A stretch of 61,958 nucleotides of DNA, counting the filler. It is 16 parts of 16 records of this genome, joined end to end, with 100 filler letters (N's around TTAATTAATTAA, not from the genome) between each part and the next. Parts side by side here need not be neighbours in the genome. Positions count along the whole stretch, not along the records: positions 7,580 to 11,756 come from SRR7504441_137806; positions 11,857 to 15,156 come from SRR7504441_138071; positions 15,257 to 18,962 come from SRR7504441_138179; positions 19,063 to 22,617 come from SRR7504441_138397; positions 22,718 to 27,299 come from SRR7504441_138932; 11 more parts are not named here. One strand, written 5' to 3'. The stretch's first letter is position 1. Every line of letters begins with the position of its first letter. The notes under the pieces are model-generated. The model was given only the letters and a program-made list of their open reading frames with translations, was not told the DNA's origin and ran no database searches. The translations under genes were made by a program, and so were the position numbers. Below are positions 11,681 to 22,882 of the stretch, in pieces.

Positions 11681-12609
11681 CGTCTAACGGCAGAAATGGT
11701 GGCTGGCTCTCCGCTGTGTGTATCGCCAGGCCCTCTGGCGGCCGGCAGATCGGAAGNNNNNNNNNNNNNNNNNNNNNNNNNNNNNNNNNNNNNNNNNNNN
11801 TTAATTAATTAANNNNNNNNNNNNNNNNNNNNNNNNNNNNNNNNNNNNNNNNNNNNACCTTCTGCCAGCTGCAAAGGAATACGACCCCACCTGTATGGAT
11901 GCAGCGGGCAAGAACGCAGATTGGCTGGACCGGCAAGCACATGTTCGTTTACAAATGCACTCCAATAATGTCCTACCCCAAGAACGGGCCGCAATATGGC
12001 ACAATACAAGCCTAGATCTGGTTGTAGACACGGATATAACGATCAGCAGTAGTGATTTAATAGCGATTGGGTCTCCAAAGATAAGATAAGATAAGGCTCA
12101 GATAAAATAGAAACATAGATTTCGATCAATCGATCAATCAATCCACCGCTGACGTCTGAGGTAGGAATATTATCTCCTATTAATTGGCACCACGGGTGTG
12201 TTTGAAGTAAGGCAGCTCGTACATGATTGTAATTGAGCACTACATATTTAAATAAATCGGAGTCCTCTATAGCTAGTTCAGTTCAATACTTAGCTTGGGA
12301 ATTCGACAGTTGACATGCCGCTGGCGCGCGTGGCAGTGGCGGGGGGGCTAAACACCACTAGTGCGTAATTTTAAAATAATTAATCGAGAAGATTGCCCCC
12401 CCCACCCACTTGTGCGAGAAAACACCCCACCAGAGATTAAGAATAAAGATGAACGGGGGTTTTACTGTTTTTCATGCTGTTCCGTGAGCTACGATGTGGC
12501 GAGCGGTGCGGCATTCAGTACGTACAATTATCAGATTCAATCAATCTGACTCAATCACTGCACATATACATTCGAACTGTTCATGGTCAGGCGCACAATT
12601 GCAATATCA

Positions 12610-15153
12610 CTAGGGGATGACCGTCAATTGGGCGTGCGGCAAGTCGCAAACCCCACCCTGATTGCACTCAGCCGCCGAGAGCCCCACCATCATATTGAAG
12701 GTGGTGGGCCGACCACGCACCCCGAGCTGCCATCCACGCTCGCCCAGCAGATGACCAGCCTCCCGATTGTCCCAGAATGCCATGTCGGCGACCTTTAGAT
12801 GAAACCGGGCAGTGACATTCTGTCCGGGCAGCACCTCGACTCGCTGGTATCGCACCAGCTGCTGGTAGTATCGGATGACAGGCGCCAGCTGCTGTTGAAA
12901 GTACAGTTGAACCACTGTGGTGCCGCGAGGACCGTGCACGTTGCTGAGCACCGCCTCCACGAACACAGAGCTATCCGCCGGCACCGGTTGCGTAATGGGT
13001 GTGCCATCAGCGCCCGTGATCCGTGGAGCACCCACACTAAAATTTGAATAGCTCAGTCCATACCCGAATCGGAACAATGGCGAGGTTGGCTCCTCCTGGT
13101 AAGTTTCGCGGTAGTGCAGTGCAAATTGCTGCAGGTAGGGCGCCTGAGCGCCTATGCCGCCCACGCTGCGGGGCCACGACACAGAGAGGTGCGCAGAGGG
13201 ATTCACTCGCCCACTAATCAAATTCATCAGCGCTGTGCCACCCTCTGCGCCAGGCCTCCACGCCATCAGTAGAGCTGAGACGTTGGTCAGCAGCGAGGGC
13301 AAGTAGCACGCCGCACCCACGGACTGCGATGGGTCCCACGGGAATGCCAGAGAGTGGGCGCTCCCTTGTTGGAGGTTTTGCTGCTGTGTTGGAGATGGCA
13401 TCGTGCACTGCCCTGACTCGAATGTGAGCGGGCGCCCACCGACCAAGACCACCACTGTGCGCTTCGCAACAGCAGACACCCTACGCAGCAACTGCTGCTG
13501 ACCCCCCAGCAGCTGCAACGATGCGCGGTCTCCCATCTCCGCGCACGTCTTGATGTCGTCTCCTAACACCAACACAACAACGTCCACAGAGGCTGCAGCG
13601 AGCTCAGCGGCGGCCAGCGATTGCTCGTCGGCCGCTGCCACCTGCCCAGGGCCCGAGGTTCCATTGGAATTGCCGTGCATACAACTCAGGGAAAAGCCAT
13701 GCTCTTGCGCAGCTGCTTCAGCGGCAGCTTTGAAGGTGACGGTGGGCGCCCCACCGTGTGAGTATCCGCCGTTCTGTGAGTTGATGTCGTCCATCAGGGG
13801 ACCGAGCAATAGCATCGACTTAACTTCTGAGCCGAGCTGTAGAGGCAACGTCGGAACTGCCCTGTTACTGCCCACAGGCAGTCGCTTGTTCACCAGTAAG
13901 GTGATAGATTGCTCTGCGGCCTCCCGGGCAGTCTCCCGGAAGCGTGGCGCGTTCAGCTCGCTCGGCAGCCTTGTACTCACGTTGGTTGGACGGTCGAAAA
14001 GCCCTGTGGCAAACTTGATTCTCAAGATATTCGAGACTGCGCGGTCGACCATCTCCAACGGCACTCGCCCTGCCACAACCTCCGCTGCTAGTTGCGAGTA
14101 CGAACAGCCCGCAAAGTCCATGTCAACGCCCGCAGCGAGTGCAAGTGCCGCCGCGCCACCCTCGCTATCAGCAAGCCGGTACACGCTGGCGATGCAAGAA
14201 ATGACGCAGCCGCCGTCAGAGTGCACAAAAAGACTGGAGTTGGCACTGAGCTCGCCGCGCAGAACGTCGGTGATCAGACGGCGGTGACAGTGCATCGGGA
14301 CGTGGTTCAGTGCAGACTGAGACACCATCACGCCCCGGAGCAACCCTTTCTCTGCGAGCGCACGCCAGGGCGGAAGGTACCGCTCTCGCAGCGTTTGCTC
14401 ATCCAGCGTGGCAGGGCCGCCATCGATCCCGCCCTGCTCTGCATGCCCGTACGCGACGTAGTGTTTTACTACTGCGGAGAGGCGAGAGGCGTTGCCCAGC
14501 GGTGCCTGAGCGTCGCGCACGTCGCCCTGCAGCCCGAGCACCGCCGCCACGCCCAGTTGTGAGGTGAGCAGCGGGTCTTCGCTGAAGCCCTCCTGCATCC
14601 TGCCAAACCTGGCGTCCGGGAACATGTTTACCACGGGAGACAGCCCCACGTTGATGCCCACAGCACTGGCCTGCCACGCGGTCTCAGTAAAGACCCGCTG
14701 CACCAGCGAATCGTTCCAGGAGCAGCCCAGGTTGACCGGCATCGGGTACTGCGGGCCATACAGCGAGCCGTGCAGCGTCTCTTCGGCGAATGAGAGGGGG
14801 ATGCCCAGCCTGCTGCGCTCCTTGGCCAGCGTCTGGAAGTGGTTGCGTGTCTCGATGCACTCGGCCACACTGCTGGTGCAGAACTTGAACAGATACCGCA
14901 TGCCCTCGCTCGCAATCGCGGCCTGGGCCTTGCGGTCGGTCGGGATCCCCGGCCCGAACGCGCCCGCGACGTAGTCGTTAAGGGTCTGGTTCACTTTTTC
15001 CTCCAGGGTCATTCGCTTCAGTAGATCCGCAATGCGCGCTTCAATCGGCTGAGAGGGGTCCTTGTACAGCGGACCTGTTGAGGCCGCCGAGGCCGCCGCG
15101 CAGGCTAGGAGCACCCCCCAGGTCAGCCGCACACGGCACACTCTGGGCTGCAT
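12610..15153 (-). CDS. Secreted glycoside hydrolase family 3 (beta-glucosidase/xylosidase)
   Basis: Signal peptide; RIADLLKRMTLEEK, EETLHG, PDARFGRMQEGFSEDP, KHY, SD nucleophile, AWRPG.EGG, FGYGLSY and a C-terminal Fn3-like domain; intronless. Confidence 0.95.
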   Translation of the reverse strand: MQPRVCRVRLTWGVLLACAAASAASTGPLYKDPSQPIEARIADLLKRMTLEEKVNQTLNDYVAGAFGPGIPTDRKAQAAIASEGMRYLFKFCTSSVAECIETRNHFQTLAKERSRLGIPLSFAEETLHGSLYGPQYPMPVNLGCSWNDSLVQRVFTETAWQASAVGINVGLSPVVNMFPDARFGRMQEGFSEDPLLTSQLGVAAVLGLQGDVRDAQAPLGNASRLSAVVKHYVAYGHAEQGGIDGGPATLDEQTLRERYLPPWRALAEKGLLRGVMVSQSALNHVPMHCHRRLITDVLRGELSANSSLFVHSDGGCVISCIASVYRLADSEGGAAALALAAGVDMDFAGCSYSQLAAEVVAGRVPLEMVDRAVSNILRIKFATGLFDRPTNVSTRLPSELNAPRFRETAREAAEQSITLLVNKRLPVGSNRAVPTLPLQLGSEVKSMLLLGPLMDDINSQNGGYSHGGAPTVTFKAAAEAAAQEHGFSLSCMHGNSNGTSGPGQVAAADEQSLAAAELAAASVDVVVLVLGDDIKTCAEMGDRASLQLLGGQQQLLRRVSAVAKRTVVVLVGGRPLTFESGQCTMPSPTQQQNLQQGSAHSLAFPWDPSQSVGAACYLPSLLTNVSALLMAWRPGAEGGTALMNLISGRVNPSAHLSVSWPRSVGGIGAQAPYLQQFALHYRETYQEEPTSPLFRFGYGLSYSNFSVGAPRITGADGTPITQPVPADSSVFVEAVLSNVHGPRGTTVVQLYFQQQLAPVIRYYQQLVRYQRVEVLPGQNVTARFHLKVADMAFWDNREAGHLLGERGWQLGVRGRPTTFNMMVGLSAAECNQGGVCDLPHAQLTVIP

Positions 15154-15256
15154 ACCNNNNNNNNNNNNNNNNNNNNNNNNNNNNNNNNNNNNNNNNNNNN
15201 TTAATTAATTAANNNNNNNNNNNNNNNNNNNNNNNNNNNNNNNNNNNNNNNNNNNN

Positions 15257-15787
15257 GCCGCTGAGTCGGGCGGTGTGGTGGATGTAGTCTGGACCTTGGC
15301 TGTGACCTCTTGCTCCTCCTTCAGCTCCCTCTGCTTCCGTTGCGCTGCCCTCTGCATGTCTGCTTTGGTTTTCTTCTCTGTGACGGTGTCAATTGCGGCG
15401 CGTGGATCTGGTATTTTGAGGTCGTCGTCGATCTCTTTGATCTTCTCGCCTCGGACCACAGGCACCGCTTGTCCCTCGCGCGGTAACTAAGCGATTTGCA
15501 CTCCTCGTCTGGCGCACTGCTCAGCACGGGGGCAAGCCAAGGCGGGGCTCACTGTTGGAGCACAGGCTCTCGCATTCAGCGCGATCCTTGACCTCGACTG
15601 CCTTGGCTAGATGGCTCACCACAAACCCTGGGATCCGGTAAAAGGGGGACAGGGCCGAGTCGAGCTGGACGGTGTCGCCCACGCTGGACTGATCCTTTAG
15701 CACCTTCAGGTCCACCCCGGACTCAGCCCGCCCCACCACCGCCAGCGTGAACGCGGCCAGCACCAACCGCTGCACTGAGATCACCAT
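15257..15787 (-). CDS. Secreted PAN/Apple-domain protein (3' partial, multi-exon)
   Basis: Signal peptide MVISVQRLVLAAFTLAVVG; PAN-like Cys pattern ECESLCSN...CKSLSY...CLWS, followed by a charged helical segment. Confidence 0.5.
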
Positions 15788-16018
15788 CTGATCTCTCTCG
15801 GTCCTCACAAAAAAAAATGATGTCCCACCGCTCCCAGTCCTCTCTCCTGACTGCACCGATGTAACTATGATGAGAACGAGGTACGACGGGATGAGACGAG
15901 TGAGCTTGGGAGCGAGTGTAATCGCGGTGCGCGTGCTGTTCTATTGAACGACTTTTAACTCTCAGGGCCGCGGCTTATATATATATATAATCAAATCTCT
16001 ACATGATTATGCAGTACG

Positions 16019-18756
16019 CTACACTTGCGTGTCACTCATCCGTATTCGCAATTCTTCGAATTCTAGCTTTTCTTCAATCACGCCTCCTGTTACAGGTGCC
16101 TTCGTCGGTGTATCAGGCTGGCAGAGTGGCTCAACTTGAAGCCACGGATCCTCGAGGCACTCTCTCGCAGTCTTGCGCTTGGACGGGTTAAACTCTAGCA
16201 TTCCTGGTCACAACATGTTCAGAGTTGGTAGCTGGCCGTGAGGAAACCTTCGAGGAATCTTGAGAGGAGTTCAGCCTCGTCCTCAGGCAACTCGTATTTC
16301 TCATGCAGCACCTGCACGCCAGACACTCCTCCCCTGCACCAAGTACTGCTAATTGAATGACCTTATTCAGTGGCCAGAAGCGGAGGCTCTTTATGTGCTT
16401 CAGCTCGCCCTTCTTGTTGAAACACTCACTTGAATACTTGCCGGCCAACGCCAGCTTCTTTGGCATCTTGCCCAGCAGCTCAATCATTTGAGCCATGTGG
16501 TCTTCATCACGAGAATAGTCCTTACCGCTGTGAGGGTCAAACATCAATTCTCCCGTGACCAGCTCAAAAATCAAGCAAGCAAGAGACCACATATCGGCAG
16601 CACAGCCATACCCTGCGCCTAGCAGCACTTCGGGACATCTGTACTGCCGCGTCTGGATATCATCAGTGAACTGCTTGTAGGTCCAGCAACCTGATCCAAG
16701 ATCGGCCATCCTGCACTCGCACTGCTCTGCACTGAGGTTAGTAAGAACCTGCTTCCTAATGTTTGGCAGCTCATCCAACTTCTCAGGTGAATCGACAGGG
16801 CGATCGCTGAATATTTCGGTGAAAAGACATTGATCACTGCCCCCCTCTGGAGCGCCACGAGTGCTGTTGGACACTTCCAGTGTTACGCACTCGCTCGCCT
16901 TTTCAACGTGTTGGTGAACCTGTGTGCTGCTACATGCAACCTCGCTCACACCATCTGCCACCTCGCCATTATTTACGCTGCTCGCCACATCGTTATCGTC
17001 TGTCCCACCACTGTCTCTGTCATTATTTCGGGTGGCCGACCCGTCACATGGCTTGCCGTCAGCTGATATGAGCTGAACTGGCGCTTGGTCAGCGGCGTGG
17101 CTGAGTCGCACAGCAGGATTTGCCTCATGAGCTTCTGATCTGACCTCAACAACTTTGGCTGCATCCTTAGCAGCTGGACTAGCCTCCCCCTCAGCGCCAG
17201 CAACTCCTGATGATGCAAAGATGCTAGCAGCAAAGTCTTGCTCTACCCCTGTGGCATTCTCCTGTGGGGCCCATGCCTCAGGACTGTTCTCCCCCTCTGC
17301 TGCAGACCCAGCAGTCTCAGGCTCCACAGCCTCTGCACAAGCCTTCCCACCCCCGAATATCTTCATCGTGAAGTCCTGCTCACTGCCTCCCACTGCCTCT
17401 TGGACTACCACCACGCCGCCGGGCTGCGAACCAGTGATAGCGCTAGCCAAGTCTTCAGCCACAGCTCCCTCCTTGGCTTTTCTCCTTAACCGCCGTTTCT
17501 TACTCTTACTCATTGGGGCGTGAGGGAGCACGGTGCTCTGACCACCACTTACGCTGCAACTCTGGACCAGAGGTGGCTGCTGGGCTGTGTTGGCCCGTTC
17601 TTGCTCGAGGTGTTGCAGCACAGCAGCATGCCTCAACCTGGCATCGTGCAAAAGACCCTCCAAGTCATGCCGCTTGAGCAGCACATTCTCGGGCTTAAGG
17701 TCGGTGTGTATCATGCTGAGCTCACGATGGCAGAAGTCTAGCGCCACCAGCACCTAACCGACCAGCTTTGACCTGCTGTTAGTGTGCACAGCCCACCTGT
17801 CGCGTGATGGTGCGAACTAGATTGAGCGGAGCTCCCCTATAATTGTATGCTTTGATCAGGCTGAGCAGATTGGCTCCGAGCACCTGAGATCAACTGACCC
17901 TGCGGTGAAGCGTGCAGGCCACCGGAAAAACCATGCACACGTGCCGCCCATGCGGACCGGTGTGCCGGAAGCTATCCAGCAACTGGACGCAGCAGAATCG
18001 ATTGTCGGGATCGCCGTCTCTAATCTGTAATATCCATCGAGGCTGCACCCAGCCCATCTGCCCACCTGTTTAAGGATAAGGATCTCATCGTCCGCAGCTT
18101 CGCAATACTTGGCTGCGCTCTTCTGGATCTGTGACCAGGCGAGTCAACACAAAGCTGTGCAAGCGACCCACTTTCAGCGCTACAAATTCATGCTCTGGTG
18201 CAGCATTCGGCCCTTCGTCCTGCAGCACCGCTAAGCAATGTGGCAGCTGCAGCCAACCTTGCACATCCAAACAGTCGAGAAGTGGCCCCAGCCTGTACCC
18301 GCACCCCTTCAGCTGTCGACAGAGCTGGACGCTCGGCCAGACACCTAGCTTGTCCACTACGCGGTAGCGTCGGTGGAACAGATCCCCGATGGCTACCGGA
18401 TGGTAGCCACCTGAATCCCGGCTCGCACGCAGACCGGTGCCCCACACACCTTTGCGATAGTCCTCCCTGTCCTCGACTTCCGACTCACTGCTGCCACCCT
18501 GCCGCCAGACGAGCTGACTAGCCCCCGGTTTGGCCACAGTACCTCGTCTGCCGATCGGCCAGAGTCTGAGGAGTGGTCCGGCTGCCACACCACACCGCCT
18601 GATCGGACCGGCCGGGCGTCGCTGGGGCGCACCTGCACAGGCTTAGGTGGGTGCTTGCCGCCTTTATTCTTCCGCCGTCGGGCCTTGGCCTTGGCCTTGG
18701 CTGTGATGTGCACAGTCAGGCGGTCGTCCTGCAGCGGGCCAGGTACCAGGCTTCAT
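16019..18756 (-). CDS. SRPK: SR protein kinase (SRPK family), multi-exon, with long spacer insert
   Basis: EDYRKGGYHPV, IHTDLKPENVLL, ADLGSGCW, DDIQTRQYRCPEV, DEDHMAQMIELLG; many GT-AG introns of about 40 nt; ATG at 18756. Confidence 0.93.
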
Positions 18757-18905
18757 CGCGAGTACTGTACAGCACTGAGATCTAGAGTCTACGTAGAGCC
18801 GCTAGCTATAGACTGAGCGAGGTGAAATAATCGAAGAGGAAATCCGCAGATAACCCGGGTCGGCCGTGGTTTTTTCACAGTTAACCCGGGTCTACATGAC
18901 CAAAG

Positions 18906-18959
18906 GCACATTTGCGACCTAACCCGGGTTGATCGACCCGGGTTAGGTCGCAAATGTGC
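18906..18959. repeat. Perfect 24-bp inverted repeat with 6-nt spacer at the contig end
   Basis: GCACATTTGCGACCTAACCCGGGT-tgatcg-ACCCGGGTTAGGTCGCAAATGTGC. Confidence 0.9.
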
Positions 18960-19128
18960 AAGNNNNNNNNNNNNNNNNNNNNNNNNNNNNNNNNNNNNNN
19001 NNNNNNTTAATTAATTAANNNNNNNNNNNNNNNNNNNNNNNNNNNNNNNNNNNNNNNNNNNNATATATATTGGTGCTTGCTTCAATCTAGAGATGTGCGT
19101 GAAGAGTGTTGCACGAACTGCCTCTAAG

Positions 19129-22100
19129 TTACGTGTAGGATGTCGACCTTTTACTGCGATGAAAACGCGCTTGTGCTCGTTGCCGAGCTCGTACTCGACG
19201 ATGTTCGAATTCATCATCACATTTAGAGCTGCGCTGGTCCTTCTGTCCCGCTTTCTCTCCTACTTGTGGGTCAACAAGAGTGGGTCTGTGGAAGGCTGTA
19301 GCGACTGCCAGGCTTCCAGCCCAATCCGCTGCGTCCGCTGGCCCGTACAAGTAGTTGGTATCAGATCTAGACTGCTCCAATTCCATGCGGTGCTCTTTTG
19401 CACTGCCCTCAGTGTACTGCTCCGGAGTTGAGCCATTGTTTGCAACCGTTGTCATTGGTGCTGCTGTGACAGCTGCCGATCCTGTGAGACATCCTCGAGC
19501 GTTGTCGTCAGACTCCAACTGGATTCCTTCCAGCTCAAGAAATTCAGCTACTGCCTGGTCTTCTTCTTCAGCGCTCGGTGTGATTGCTTCCAACTGTTCC
19601 AGTTCAGCAAATGCTGTGTCTACTAAATCGATCCACAAATCGGCCTGTGCGGCTTGCACGCACTCAATGGCTGGATCGGTGCTAGGGTGCCACCATTCTA
19701 CATGAGTATGGCCCTTACACAGGGCGAAAGCAGCAGCGAACAGCAGGACTGCAAGGTCGACGATGAAGACGATGTAGCCACCGACGCGCATATCCCAAAA
19801 AGCAAATGTATACAGACCCATCGTTAGTATGAAACACAACAGATGGTTGATCAAGAACTCTTCCCGCAGCACAGCCAAAGGTAGCTGGACTTCTTGAGGA
19901 CGTAGACGGCACATAAACACGAGGGCCATCAATGTCGACAGTGTGTTTGAAAATATCAGTAGTGGCATGGCAAGCCCAAAGCTGAGCTGCATTATGAACC
20001 CAACTCTGAGGCCCACTACCATCTTGATCACAAACGTCTCCTGATAAACGATCTCTTCCTGGGATCCAAGGTAAACTTTACTGAGATTGGCGATGACGTC
20101 ACCACCTTCATCTGCGGCTGGCTGGTTCCTTTGCTTCCACAGCTCCCTCGGGCTCCTGCGCTTTCGGCGCCGGCCACCACCGTTCGCGTCCTCGGTCCTA
20201 GTATCTCGAGCAATAACCACCTCAGCGATGTTTGTCACACTCTCCCAGTATGTCTTGGACCGAAGTTTGCGCCATTTCTGTAAGAAGCACTCCAAGAGAA
20301 TCAACACAAAGCCATTCATCATGTCCGACATGACAAAGGCCTGCCAAAGTGTTCTCAGTCGGGCCCTTCCGCGTTAGGGCGCCACACCGTCTGGTAAGTG
20401 GTTACAATCGAGCGGAAGCAAAAGCCAGGCCGGTAAGCTTGTTCCTCATCCCAGAAGTCGGATGTCTCTTCGATGGTTGGGCTGAAAAACAGATATGCTC
20501 TAAAGCAACTTGGGCCCATTATAATCACGATTAGCATTGGTCCAAATACCCTGCTCGCCAGCATAGTGTACAACCAGAGCGTGCTCAGCAGCTTGTTGCT
20601 ACGGCACCTCTCGCGAAATGACATGGATTCTGGAAATGGATGCTCCGCATACATGAGTCTGAAGGACAGCGCACGCACGACATGATACATCAGAGCCTCG
20701 AAGACAGCCGATAAAGAAACATAAACAATCTGCGCCCCGAAGATGTTGGCTACCTGCCGATCCCGGGGCTAAGTTGCTATCCGGGGCAGGGGGCCACCAT
20801 CCACTGGAACCAATATTGTTTACTGTCTGGATTGACTTCGATATACGAGCCAAGAACAAACAAGAAATCTGCCCAGGAATAAGCCGAACCAAATACTGAA
20901 GGCACACCTGGTAATATCACCAGCGCCAGAGCTAGAGCATAGAGCAGGATGCATCCGACGATCTGACACCAGCGACACAAAAATCTCTTCCTCGCAGCCG
21001 CGTACAAGTTCCGGAGCCGTCCTTTGTCATGGCCTTGTATTCTTGCACCGGTAGCCCAACTCGCCAATGCACATCTGCATGAACCATTTGAACTCGTGGC
21101 TTCGATCAGGATCCTGCAAACCTCTCGCAGCACTTCGCTTCTCATGAACGCAAAATTCGCCGGATCATAGTATGAGGTCAAGATGTGCCAGAGCCACAAA
21201 AGCCAGAACACTAACAGCAGAGCAGCAATAAGTAAGCCTTTGTAATCTTCAGTATCGAACCAATTATATTCAGATTCCAGGTTGACAAGTTCAGTGGTCC
21301 TCAGATTGGCTAGCGTTATTTGTCCCGAAAAGTAGCTGGATTGCTCCCACCAGCAGCGCCCTGAAACATAGTAGTCACAGTAATAGTACACAATCAGGAC
21401 GAGCCCTATAATGCACAGCCAACACTGGGTCCAGAAGTGATGCTTGAAACCACGCACGGTCCACGTTCCGAACTCATGTCTCCAGTTCATGTCTTCTGAA
21501 CAAAAAGTGAACGGTGTAGCAATCAGGAGCTGCTGTCCAAGAGAGAGGTGGCTATACCGAGGGTCACGTCGAATCAAAGCAGCAACTGCGACTATCAGGT
21601 AGCCGAGCACGATGATGAGCAGAATGATCTCGAACTGAATATGCGGGTCTGAAATGACCAAGGCCTCCCCACTAAAGCTGACATCGGTCTCGCTCACCCT
21701 CGATTCATTTACGCTCTGTCCCCACAACGGCGACATAACTGCCTGACCGCACTAGTGAGCTGCCCTGGTGGCGGATAGTGCCAACCTTTAAATCGAACAG
21801 TGCCGGTTGCCCGAGATAAACGAGAACTGGATTGATGATTGTCTCTGTAATGTCCGGGTTGAGCACAATGTCCGTTTGATATTCAATCGTAAGGTAAACA
21901 GATGTGATTTGGTCGCCGATTTGTCCCGGGCTTAAAGTGGCCTCCCTTCTATGTAACTTCGTGTTTTGCATCTGCCACCAATCAAGCGCACGCCCTTGCT
22001 ACCACAGTTACCCCTGGGACCGGTCCGCCGAGCCGATTCCCTGCCAACAACAGCGCCTCCAAGTTGGTGAAGGCGTTAAAACTATCTGGGATACTCCCTG

Positions 22101-22617
22101 CAAGGTATGCCCCTCCGATCGCGAGTCCCTCCAACATGGTGCAGCGTCCCAGTGATGGGGGCAATGTACCAGAAAACCTGGTAGAGGCCGCCGAGAAGGT
22201 CTTGAGATTACACTGGCCACTGACCGGCGGGAGAGTGCCACTGATTCCAGTCCGGGAGAACATGAGGTCGATTGCCGTGTAGGCTGAGTTAGGCAGCGTG
22301 CCGCTGATTTTCGGATTCGCGGTCGCCATTAGTGATTGCACAATTGCGGTAGGCAAGGTGCCGCTCAGCTGTAGTTCTTCAACCAGTAGGCCTTGCAGCC
22401 GCTCCGAGCCGCTCACTTGTATCGTCCCGGAGATTGGATTAGCAGAGACAGAGACGTGTGACAATGCGCTGCCAGAGAGCACGCTCAATGTACCGCTTAG
22501 TTGGTTTGCCCCTAGACAGACGTTCTGGATCGTGTTGGAGCTGAACAGCTCGGTCGGCAAAGTGCTCGACAGTCTATTCATATTCACGAGCAGCCCGGTG
22601 AGCGCCGTCAGCGAGAG
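19129..22617 (-). CDS. LRR-containing multi-pass membrane protein (5' partial, multi-exon)
   Basis: Plant-type LRRs (NxLSGTLP/NxISGT repeated about 8 times) followed by many hydrophobic segments; ORF pieces are joined in frame by short GT-AG introns such as 21972-22011. Confidence 0.7.
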
Positions 22618-22882
22618 NNNNNNNNNNNNNNNNNNNNNNNNNNNNNNNNNNNNNNNNNNNNTTAATTAATTAANNNNNNNNNNNNNNNNNNNNNNNNNNN
22701 NNNNNNNNNNNNNNNNNGCCTCGGTGAGGCAAAACGAAGCGTGGAGTAATTATACAGATCTAGATTGATTACACAGGATGTAATTATACAGAAATTGATT
22801 GATTGAAATGCGCGACCTTCGGCATACTTGTCCGAGACCATTAGAGTTAGTTGAGCGGAACGGCCTAATACTAAGTCTAATA

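Noticed and set aside
15976-15989. (TA)n tract
   Set aside because: Short ordinary microsatellite in an intergenic region.
18851-18945. TAACCC units as telomere
   Set aside because: Units are isolated and palindromic, not a tandem array.
19129-22617. Fragmented ORFs here and in the kinase, TOP3A and Exo70 loci as pseudogenes or programmed frameshifts
   Set aside because: Short GT-AG introns restore the frame at the junctions I checked.
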